DNA from: Escherichia coli
Lineage (GTDB): Bacteria; Pseudomonadota; Gammaproteobacteria; Enterobacterales; Enterobacteriaceae
Length of the DNA: 64,000 nt
Strand: one strand, 5' to 3'
Assembly (NCBI RefSeq): GCF_024223415.1
Contig: NZ_CP100500.1
Positions 50,838 through 58,137 of the stretch are shown here, one piece after another (position 1 is the stretch's first letter; every line of letters starts with the position of its first letter). Made by a program: the position numbers and the translations under genes. Under the pieces are notes generated by a model. The model searched no databases, was not told the DNA's origin, and worked only from the letters and a program-made list of their open reading frames with translations.

Positions 50838-50980
50838 AGTATAAAAACCAAAAAGGTTAATAAATAACAGAAAGTTCGTTGGAAAAGTTAAGTACTGTCC
50901 AACGTTTTGCAGTGGCATGAGGGCACCACTTTATATGCCAGAAAAGTTCTCACTCCCCCGGCATATTCTTACAGAATAAA

Positions 50981-52087
50981 TCAGAACTGATAAACCAGAC
51001 CAACAGCGACAATATCGTCGGTTGATACTCCTGTTCTTTCAGTGAATTTATTTTTATCGAGCATATTGATTTTGTAATCTATGTATGTAGACATATTTTT
51101 GTTGAAGTAATAAGAAGCCCCTACTTCAACGAATTTTTCAATATATCCGTCATCATGTTTTTTACTAATATCAGTACTGGATGAAAGGTTTTTTGCTTTA
51201 GAGTGGGTATAAGCAAGAGACGGGCGTAATCCAAAGTCGAACTGGTATTGTGCCACAACAGTGAAATCTTCGGTTTTATTCGCCACTCCTGAAATATTAT
51301 CACCATACGATATTGCACGGGTATTATTTGTTTCACCATAACTGGCAGCCAGGTACAGATTATTTGCGTCATATTTTACCCCGGTGGCCCACTGTTCAGC
51401 TTTTTTCCCTTTACCAAGCTCAGCCTTTTTCTGATTTTTAGTACGATCAGCAGCGCCGTATGCTGCGACAAAACCAAATCCTTCATATTCATAGCTGACA
51501 GAGCCACCTACACCCTCTCCGTTTGAAGTATCTGGTTTATCCTTGCGTTCATTTTTTCCCAGATACTGAATTGCAAAGCTAAGCCCATCGACCAGTCCAA
51601 AAAAGTCAGTGTTGCGGTATGTGGCAACACCGCCTACACGACCAACGAAGAAGTTATCCTTTTGCGCTGCGGTAGGTCCAAACTCCGGGAAGACGTCAGT
51701 GTAGCTTAATGCGTCGTACACCACGCCGTAGTTACGACCATAATCAAGAGAGCCAGCATCTGCAAGCTTCAGACCAGCGTATGCCAGGCGAGTCTTGTTT
51801 CCAGTTTGAGCTCCATCCCCTTCAGGGTTGTTCCCCTGGAAATTATATTCCCACTGACCAAAACCAGTAATATAATTATTTATTTGGGTTTCACCTCTGA
51901 ATCCAAGGCGTGCGTAAGTCTGATCTCCGTTTTGGTCCTTATCAGAAGAAAAATAATGTAAACCAACTGCTTTACCGTATAAATCCACTTTGTTTGCATC
52001 TTTATTGTATATTTATGCTGCATTTGAAGACGTTGCCAGAAATACTGATGCTGCTACAGCAGAAAGTGCCACTGTTAAATTTTTCAT
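50981..52087 (-). pseudogene. Phage-borne OmpC/NmpC/Lc-type porin gene interrupted by an in-frame TAA just after the signal peptide
   Basis: ATG at 52085-52087 gives MKNLTVALSAVAASVFLATSSNAA, then TAA (52013-52015), then [22 protein letters not shown]... through to the C-terminal ...VGLVYQF. Porins normally read AAEIYNKD here, so GAA has become TAA. Confidence 0.8.
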
Positions 52088-52685
52088 TTTTTATCCTCTG
52101 GTGGGAGTTAATTGGACGACAAAATGCTATCAGGATGAAAATTTAATTTCTGTGTATAATGTATACAAGGAAAATTAAGGAGTCCGATTCTTTATATGTG
52201 ATCACTATCACAAAATAAGAAGTCATGCAAACTAATAAATAGATGGCTATCTTTCACTCAGAAAATTAAGATCAATCTTTTTTATTAGAAGTGCTAAATA
52301 TATTTAATTATTTGGGTTTATGAGTTATTTATATAACCTTAATAAAGACATTACTTTTGAAGAAAAATACGTGCATAGAAGAATGCATAATCTTTAATTG
52401 TATCTTGCCAAACGTCGCAACAATCCAGAGATTGTCTGTGGGGTGAATCATGCAGCATGCAGGGTATGAACAAACACTTTACGATCGTAAAAGTATGCAT
52501 ATCATGGTAAGAGTGGTTCCTACGCCACACAACTTAAACCCGCAGCCAGGCGGTTTTTTACATCGAAAATCTGCACCGGACATTAAGCTCTTTGGCGGAC
52601 CAGATAAGAGGTGCGCTTAGTTGGGTTTGTCGGGCTTTCTCTGAGATTTGCGGTATTAATCCCGTAACGTTATTATGCTGCTCGA

Positions 52686-52761
52686 GGCCCTTTAGCTCAG
52701 TGGTGAGAGCGAGCGACTCATAATCGCAAGGGCGCTGGTTCAAATTCAGCAAGGGCCACCA
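52686..52761 (+). tRNA. tRNA with CAU anticodon (Ile2/Met type, the ileZ-like tRNA of lambdoid phages), CCA encoded
   Basis: Full cloverleaf: GGCCCTT/AAGGGCC acceptor, GCTC/GAGC D-stem, CTCATAA anticodon loop, GCTGG-TTCAAAT-TCAGC T-arm, ACCA 3' end. Confidence 0.85.
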
Positions 52762-52762
52762 A

Positions 52763-52839
52763 CCGCTACTAGCTCATCAGGAAAGAGCGTCAACCCTTTA
52801 AGTTGAGTGCGCTAGGTTCGATTCCCCGCTGGCGGTCCA
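52763..52839 (+). tRNA. Aberrant tRNA-like sequence (UUU in the anticodon position, C at position 33, weak T-stem); probable pseudo-tRNA
   Basis: Acceptor pairs 6 of 7. Good D-arm (GCTC/GAGC). Anticodon stem TCAAC/GTTGA with loop CCTTTAA. T-stem CTAGG/CCCCG has 2 mismatches. CCA is encoded. Confidence 0.4.
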
Positions 52840-52841
52840 GC

Positions 52842-52917
52842 GCCGACTTACCTCAGTCGGCAGAACAGTTTAGTTGTAACCATCAGGCCACCACTTCAAT
52901 TCCGGTAGTCGGCACTA
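52842..52917 (+). tRNA. Decayed tRNA-like sequence: perfect 7-bp acceptor stem, degenerate internal arms
   Basis: GCCGACT/AGTCGGC acceptor. D-loop AGTCGGCA and T-loop TTCAATT are recognisable. The D, anticodon and T stems are mostly mismatched. The 3' end is CTA, not CCA. Confidence 0.25.
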
Positions 52918-53254
52918 AATTTCCAGGCTCGTGCTCACGGCCTGCTTCATATCCGCGCCAGGTCCGTCGCGATTAAACCACAGGGCTTTTCAGGAGGGGC
53001 CACAGAGAGCGTCACACTGACCATTCCCTGTGGCTTGTGCTGAGATCCGGTCAGTGAAATTGTGCAAAGGGAATCTTCGGGAGCTTTGGGCAGAATGTCA
53101 GTTATTGATGTTGACATCCTCCACACCCTGAAGGTCGGGGTTTTACGGCGCACTGGATAAAATACCTGAACAAACAGCCTCTTCGTGCGGCTTTTTTATA
53201 ACGAGATTCTGACTTGCTGCCGTCCGTAATGTCGGATGGCGGAGGTGAGGGACT

Positions 53255-53527
53255 ATGAGAATGGACGAACGATACAGTAACGCTGCATACGGCAGCGCAG
53301 GACTTGTTGCGTTCTTTGCCAGCCTGTCACTGCAGGATTGGGGATTTATTATCGGCGTGGCGTTCAGTATCATTCTTGGCGTTCTTACTTATCGCCTTAA
53401 CAAACGGGAGCAGGAAAAACGAACCCGCATATTGCTCGAAATTCTGGAACGAACTAATGCCGGTAATGTTCCGGCTACGGCACATGCTGTGGCTGAGATT
53501 GCGAAAAAGGCACCAAAAGAAATATGA
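53255..53527 (+). CDS. Holin candidate (90 aa, two TM segments, Met-Arg-Met dual start)
   Basis: GGAGGTGAGGG RBS. Starts MRMDER, comparable to the lambda S MKM dual-start. Hydrophobic segments GLVAFFASLSL and WGFIIGVAFSIILGVLTY. Basic C-terminus. Lies upstream of the endolysin. Confidence 0.6.
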   Translation: MRMDERYSNAAYGSAGLVAFFASLSLQDWGFIIGVAFSIILGVLTYRLNKREQEKRTRILLEILERTNAGNVPATAHAVAEIAKKAPKEI

Positions 53528-53683
53528 CGAATATCCCGGGAGTGAGGGGATAATATACCTTTTAACAAAATCCGGGAACATGAAACGCCCGGAACGTTTC
53601 ATGAGGCATGCCCCGTGGGGAGCAGGGCATAACTGTGCGGAATAGCTTTCATTGTGATATCAATAATCACGGTATTCAAAATA

Positions 53684-54061
53684 TTACGGGCCTGTGGGAT
53701 CAGGTTGTTTTTTGTCTGATTCCAGAGGGAAGGGACGCTGTTTCGGTTCTCTGAACTTTAGTGATAATGAATTGAAAATCCTCATTTTTTGCTGCCATGC
53801 ATAATGTCTGTCCCATGAACAGGGGGGGCTCAATTCTTCATTCACCCATGCGTTAATATCTTGTTTCAGGTGTTGAAGCATACGGGGTGTTAATGCACTC
53901 ATAATAATATCCAGCGTTTTATGCGAGAGTTTACCGTAAGGGTCTGCAAGGATGCTGCTCGTTGCTTCGTTATTATCCACCATAAGTGGAAGTAGCGCTG
54001 ATTTAACTTTTTCTGTCATTAGTTGCAAAAATCTACTGCGCAAATTTTCTTTACTGTTCAT
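53684..54061 (-). CDS. Hypothetical protein (125 aa) on the opposite strand inside the lysis cassette
   Basis: ORF track. No recognisable motif. Confidence 0.5.
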   Translation of the reverse strand: MNSKENLRSRFLQLMTEKVKSALLPLMVDNNEATSSILADPYGKLSHKTLDIIMSALTPRMLQHLKQDINAWVNEELSPPCSWDRHYAWQQKMRIFNSLSLKFREPKQRPFPLESDKKQPDPTGP

Positions 54062-54184
54062 TTCTGAAGCCTCATCTGTTGTCGTTTGGTTTTCCTGAAC
54101 GGGTATGTTTATGAGACATGCTGGTACTGGATTATATACCTGATATATCCAGGGTTATAAACCTTTAGATCCTGATAAATATAC

Positions 54185-54718
54185 ATGAACGCAAAAATCA
54201 GATACGGCCTGTCGGCTGCCGTTCTGGCGCTGATTGGTGCTGGCGCATCTGCTCCTCAGATACTTGATCAGTTTCTGGACGAAAAAGAGGGTAACCACAC
54301 AACGGCATACCGCGATGGGTCCGGCATCTGGACCATCTGTCGGGGTGCCACGATGGTGGATGGAAAACCCGTTTTTCCCGGAATGAAGCTGTCGAAGGAA
54401 AAATGCGACCAGGTTAACGCTATTGAACGTGATAAGGCACTGGCATGGGTGGAGCGCAATATTAAAGTACCTCTGACCGAACCACAGAAAGCGGGTATTG
54501 CGTCATTCTGTCCCTATAACATTGGCCCCGGTAAGTGTTTCCCGTCGACGTTTTATAAGCGGCTTAATGCCGGTGATCGAAAAGGCGCCTGCGAGGCGAT
54601 TCGCTGGTGGATAAAGGATGGTGGGCGCGATTGCCGCATACGTTCAAATAACTGCTATGGACAGGTTATTCGTCGTGACCAGGAAAGCGCATTAGCCTGT
54701 TGGGGGATAGATCAGTGA
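54185..54718 (+). CDS. R: SAR-type endolysin, GH24 lysozyme (177 aa)
   Basis: Gly/Ala-rich N-terminal signal-arrest-release-like segment ([15 protein letters not shown]). E-8x-D-5x-T catalytic pattern ([16 protein letters not shown]). Confidence 0.85.
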   Translation: MNAKIRYGLSAAVLALIGAGASAPQILDQFLDEKEGNHTTAYRDGSGIWTICRGATMVDGKPVFPGMKLSKEKCDQVNAIERDKALAWVERNIKVPLTEPQKAGIASFCPYNIGPGKCFPSTFYKRLNAGDRKGACEAIRWWIKDGGRDCRIRSNNCYGQVIRRDQESALACWGIDQ

Positions 54719-55182
54719 GCAGAGTCGCCGCGATTATTTATGCTCTGGTTATCTGCATCATCGTCTGCCTGTCGTGGGCGGTCAATCATTACCGTGATAA
54801 CGCCATCGCCTACAAAGAACAGCGAGATAAAAAAGTCAGTGAGCTGAAGCAGGCGACCGCCACCATTACTGACATGCAGCAACGCCAGCGTGCTGCTGAT
54901 GTACTCGATGCTAAATACACGAAGGAGTTAGCTGATGCGAAAGCTAAAAATGATGCTCTTCGGCGCAAGCTTGATAATGGTGGCAGGGTGCTCGTCAAAG
55001 GAAAATGCCCTGTGCCATCCTCAGCCGAAACCTCCAGCGCCTCCGGCATGGGCAATGATGCCACCGTCGAACTCTCTCCAGTTGCTGGACGAAACGTTCT
55101 CGGTGTCCGGGACGGAATTATCCGCGACCAAACAGCACTGAGAACGCTTCAGGAATACATCAGGACGCAATGCCTTCGATGA
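54715..55182 (+). CDS. Rz: i-spanin Rz (155 aa)
   Basis: GTG at 54715 overlaps the endolysin stop. N-terminal TM followed by a coiled coil. Confidence 0.8.
   Translation: MSRVAAIIYALVICIIVCLSWAVNHYRDNAIAYKEQRDKKVSELKQATATITDMQQRQRAADVLDAKYTKELADAKAKNDALRRKLDNGGRVLVKGKCPVPSSAETSSASGMGNDATVELSPVAGRNVLGVRDGIIRDQTALRTLQEYIRTQCLR
54935..55141 (+). CDS. Rz1: o-spanin Rz1, embedded in the +1 frame of Rz (68 aa precursor)
   Basis: Lipobox LIMVAGC. Pro-rich mature part. Lies entirely inside Rz. Confidence 0.8.
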   Translation: MRKLKMMLFGASLIMVAGCSSKENALCHPQPKPPAPPAWAMMPPSNSLQLLDETFSVSGTELSATKQH

Positions 55183-55322
55183 TAGCGATAATTTTACTCA
55201 TCATCCTTCACATCTGGCTCTGTAGACAGGGTGGTGATCACTTCTGGAGTGAATCCAGATTAAACATCTCATTGCTGATTCTTGATATTGAGCATCTGGC
55301 GCGCGGTAAGGGGCTGCGTTGA
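55179..55322 (+). CDS. Candidate 47-aa membrane peptide translationally coupled to Rz
   Basis: Hand translation gives [47 protein letters not shown]. Its ATG overlaps the Rz stop (ATGA). Followed by a terminator. Confidence 0.3.
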   Translation: MIAIILLIILHIWLCRQGGDHFWSESRLNISLLILDIEHLARGKGLR

Positions 55323-55356
55323 GATAAGAGCCAGTCATCACAAACACCAGGATTTA

Positions 55357-55380
55357 GCCTCGCATTCGCGGGGCTTTTTA
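55357..55380 (+). terminator. Intrinsic terminator downstream of the lysis genes
   Basis: GCCTCGC-attc-GCGGGGC stem plus T5. Confidence 0.65.
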
Positions 55381-55400
55381 TTGCAACAAAGGTAAAGACG

Positions 55401-55688
55401 ATGGATGAAGAATATCGTAAAAACCTGCAACTGTGGTTTGGTCTTACGCATGCGTCGTTCTGCGTGATGCCGCGAGTATTCATGGAGGCTATGCCACCAG
55501 AATGGCAAGAGAAGATGGCTCAGTTGCTTTTTGAGTATAGCGACACAATCAAAACGGATGTCTGCGGAGTTCACAGCTGTTTTGTTACTGCCAAAGACGG
55601 CAACAACCGCTTTATGAGGATGCCAGAAGATATTCTGAACTATCGTCATCCCCGACGTGAATTCATCGAATCATTTCTGAAGAAGTAG
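55401..55688 (+). CDS. Hypothetical phage protein (95 aa)
   Basis: ORF track. The RBS region is AAAGGTAAAGACG. Confidence 0.5.
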   Translation: MDEEYRKNLQLWFGLTHASFCVMPRVFMEAMPPEWQEKMAQLLFEYSDTIKTDVCGVHSCFVTAKDGNNRFMRMPEDILNYRHPRREFIESFLKK

Positions 55689-55959
55689 CCATTACAAAGC
55701 CTATCTACGGGTGGGCTTGATAATGAAACCAGAATTTATTCTGGGAAACCAGTTACGGCAGTACAGCGAAACAACCCAAGCCAGTAAGTGGGGAAATAAC
55801 ACTGGCAGCCACTGAAAGATGAACCTCCTGCCTTATGGCAAAAAAGATTCTTTGTGGTGGCGGACTGATGGAAAGACATCGGTTATTGCAGAGACCATTC
55901 AATGAGTGGTCTCGACAATGGCTTATACCCTACACGGGATAACTTAACTGATATCCCTT

Positions 55960-56136
55960 TTAACGGATAAAGGTATTCAAGCCTGACATATCATGCGCTG
56001 TATCGTCGCCGTATTCCCGTATTAACAGAGACCGTAGCCCGACGGGGAACTCCTTCTGCGCGAGTGTGCGGGAATAATCAAAAACGATGCACACCGGGTT
56101 TTTACCGCGTTTATGGTTCGCGGGTTTGTCCCTCAT
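55960..56136 (-). CDS. Possible small ORF (58 aa) or gene remnant
   Basis: Hand translation gives MRDKPANHKRGKNPVCIVFDYSRTLAQKEFPVGLRSLLIREYGDDTAHDMSGLNTFIR*. Protein-like, but no clear RBS. Confidence 0.25.
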   Translation of the reverse strand: MRDKPANHKRGKNPVCIVFDYSRTLAQKEFPVGLRSLLIREYGDDTAHDMSGLNTFIR

Positions 56137-56309
56137 GCTCGCCAGTCCGGTGCGATGGTGGAAGAAACCGGAAGCTGTATTACAGAAAGTGCTACTACTG
56201 TATCCTGATGCGATGTATGTAATGTGAGTCAGATAATGGCACAGGATGTGGTGATGTGGCAGTCTGGAACACAGGATATATTGTCAGAATAAGACCCGTA
56301 GGAATAAAA

Positions 56310-56636
56310 ATGAAAAGACGCCTTTCACTACTTTTTCTGTTATCTGCCCTGGCAGTGGGATGCTCGCAGCAAAAAGCTGATGAGCCCCGGCAATTAGTGA
56401 CGGTGTATCCACGATATCCGGAATATGCTGCAGCAAATTATATCAAGGGGCTGGTTGAGGTTAAGTTCGATATTGGTGCTGACGGGACTGTGACACGGAT
56501 CGTTTTTCTCCGCTCAGAGCCTCATAATTTGTTTCGTGATGAAGTGGTGAAGGCCATGGCGAAATGGAGATTTGAAAAGAATAGTCCCCGTCAGGGAGTG
56601 AAGAGACAATTTATCTTTACGCCATCACGTCCCTGA
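56310..56636 (+). CDS. Lipoprotein with a TonB C-terminal-like domain (108 aa)
   Basis: MKRRLSLLFLLSALAVGC lipobox. YPRYPEYAAANYIKGLVEVKFDIGADGTVTRIVFLRSEP..FRDEVVKAMAKWRF fits the TonB_C pattern (YP..A......G.V.V.F.I...G.V). Confidence 0.65.
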   Translation: MKRRLSLLFLLSALAVGCSQQKADEPRQLVTVYPRYPEYAAANYIKGLVEVKFDIGADGTVTRIVFLRSEPHNLFRDEVVKAMAKWRFEKNSPRQGVKRQFIFTPSRP

Positions 56637-56758
56637 TGCTTCCAGGTAGAGAGGGGCTGGAAGCAGGAGAAAAATGAAAGAGCCAGCGGTTATATTTTTG
56701 TCATGGCTGACGAGAAATGATGGAAGAAGGCGTTGTATGCCACACAACGCCTCACTGT

Positions 56759-56905
56759 TCATTTCTTCTTTTTCTCTGGTGTAACCCGATGAATAAGAGT
56801 TGCACTGGTTTCCGATGAGATGGCGATATGCTCGGGCAAAGTATGCTGGCAGTTTTCCAACTGGTCAAAAATACCTGCTCTCGTCTGTTGCAATGCCTGC
56901 AGCAT
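56759..56905 (-). CDS. Possible small ORF (48 aa)
   Basis: Hand translation gives MLQALQQTRAGIFDQLENCQHTLPEHIAISSETSATLIHRVTPEKKKK*. A hairpin (GGCGTTGT..ACAACGCC, 56729-56751) lies just downstream. Confidence 0.25.
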   Translation of the reverse strand: MLQALQQTRAGIFDQLENCQHTLPEHIAISSETSATLIHRVTPEKKKK

Positions 56906-57000
56906 GCGGCGGCAATGCGCCTTTGCTTTTGCTAACCATCTTTCCTTACTCTATCAGTCGCTGCGTGAACTCATCATGGAATACCAGGTAAATGCGGATG

Positions 57001-57252
57001 TTATCGGTTTTGGCTACGCAGCATAGTACAAAACGGACAGGTGCATCCCGGAATGGGGGAGGCGTCACATGTCCCTGTGATGGTTGTTCCGGGTAATGCA
57101 CTGTGTGGGGCATAAAAATGTCCGATAATTTTACTTTCTACCGCAGTTAGTTGATTCGTTGGTCCTGGTAGCACATTGGGCGAGGGTTTAAATGCCAGGC
57201 AACTGAAGGATGATGTTGCAAGGGAGATAGCGAGAATATTTCTGATTTTCAT
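57001..57252 (-). CDS. Small secreted Cys-containing protein (83 aa precursor)
   Basis: Internal start of ORF 57001..57318. Signal peptide MKIRNILAISLATSSFSCLA. C-terminal TCDASPIPGCTCPFC cluster. Confidence 0.5.
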   Translation of the reverse strand: MKIRNILAISLATSSFSCLAFKPSPNVLPGPTNQLTAVESKIIGHFYAPHSALPGTTITGTCDASPIPGCTCPFCTMLRSQNR

Positions 57253-57403
57253 TTGATGATGCCTCTGTGTGAAATGACGGTAAACGACGCACTTGTGCCG
57301 GCACATAATAGCAAGCATCAGAATAGATCAGATTCGATTCTTGCTGTAAGTGATAATTATTCTCGTTTTTTTCGGGTCCTTTCCGGCGATCCAACAGGTT
57401 ACG

Positions 57404-57415
57404 GGGCGTCGACCT
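57404..57415 (+). other. cosN: 12-nt cohesive-end sequence GGGCGTCGACCT
   Basis: CAGGTTACG-GGGCGTCGACCT-CGCGCGTTTTCGCTATTTATGAAAATTTTCCGG is almost identical to the lambda cos sequence (lambda has GGGCGGCGACCT). Confidence 0.85.
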
Positions 57416-57452
57416 CGCGCGTTTTCGCTATTTATGAAAATTTTCCGGGATC

Positions 57453-57551
57453 CATGTCCGGTTTCTCTGCAAGTTAACTATATGAAAAATATAAAAACAT
57501 GCTTTCTGCGAACCGGACATGTGCAAAAAATGTACAAACAAACCGGACATA
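57453..57551 (+). promoter_or_regulatory. cosB-like region: three CCGGACAT(G/A) terminase small-subunit binding repeats
   Basis: Inverted copy at 57453-57461. Direct copies at 57513-57521 and 57543-57551, 30 bp apart. An A/T-rich segment lies between them, analogous to lambda R3-I1-R2-R1. Confidence 0.6.
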
Positions 57552-57627
57552 TGCGTGCGTTTGCATAAAGTTGCTCGCAAGATGCATGTTTAAAACGCAT
57601 GAGGGGAGATTTTTTGCGAGGTGAACA

Positions 57628-58137
57628 GTGGCTACGCAGACTGAAGTTGCCAGGCATTTGAGTCTGACCGATCGCCAGCTTCGCAGACTGCAGAAATTGC
57701 CGGGTGCCCCGATATCGAATAAGCGAGGGCAACTGGATCTGGATGCCTGGCGTGATTTTTACATATCGTATCTGAGAAGAAGTAAAAACGATGTGCCTGA
57801 TGGCGATAGCGAAGACGACTATGAGGAGAAATTGCTTATTGCCAGATGGGAACTGACAGCAGAACAGGCTGTTACACAGCAGTTAAAAAATGAGGTGTCA
57901 AAAGGAAAACTTATTGACACCGGATTCTGTATTTTTGCCCTCAGCAAGCTGGCAATGGCGTTATCCAGTACGCTTGATTCCATCCCTTTATCCATGCAAC
58001 GACAGTTTCCTGATTTAACACCGCGCCATCTTGACCATCTGAAAACCCTTATTGCGAAGGGGGCAAATCAGTGTGCGCGGGCAGGGGATAAATTACCGGA
58101 TTTACTCGATGAATATATCAGAGCAACAACTGAATAA
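57628..58137 (+). CDS. nu1: Terminase small subunit (Nu1-like, 169 aa)
   Basis: GTG start after a GAGGTG RBS. N-terminal winged HTH (TQTEVARHLSLTDRQLRRLQK). Lies between cos and the large subunit. Confidence 0.8.
   Translation: MATQTEVARHLSLTDRQLRRLQKLPGAPISNKRGQLDLDAWRDFYISYLRRSKNDVPDGDSEDDYEEKLLIARWELTAEQAVTQQLKNEVSKGKLIDTGFCIFALSKLAMALSSTLDSIPLSMQRQFPDLTPRHLDHLKTLIAKGANQCARAGDKLPDLLDEYIRATTE

Noticed and set aside
52450-52623. 57-aa + strand ORF upstream of the tRNAs (MQHAGYEQTLYDRKS...)
   Set aside because: It contains a terminator-like hairpin plus T-run (about 52535-52557) in its middle. It also lies where a pR'/tR' leader RNA is expected in lambdoid phages. I could not identify pR' confidently, so neither is reported as a feature.
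52558-52752. 64-aa minus-strand ORF
   Set aside because: It runs antisense through the CAU tRNA. The motif ..DYESLALTTELKG.. is the classic translation of a tRNA complement.
57350-57732. ORFs 57350..57568 (+) and 57478..57732 (-)
   Set aside because: They span cosN/cosB and the terminase leader, and their sequence is explained by the cos repeats. Neither has an RBS.
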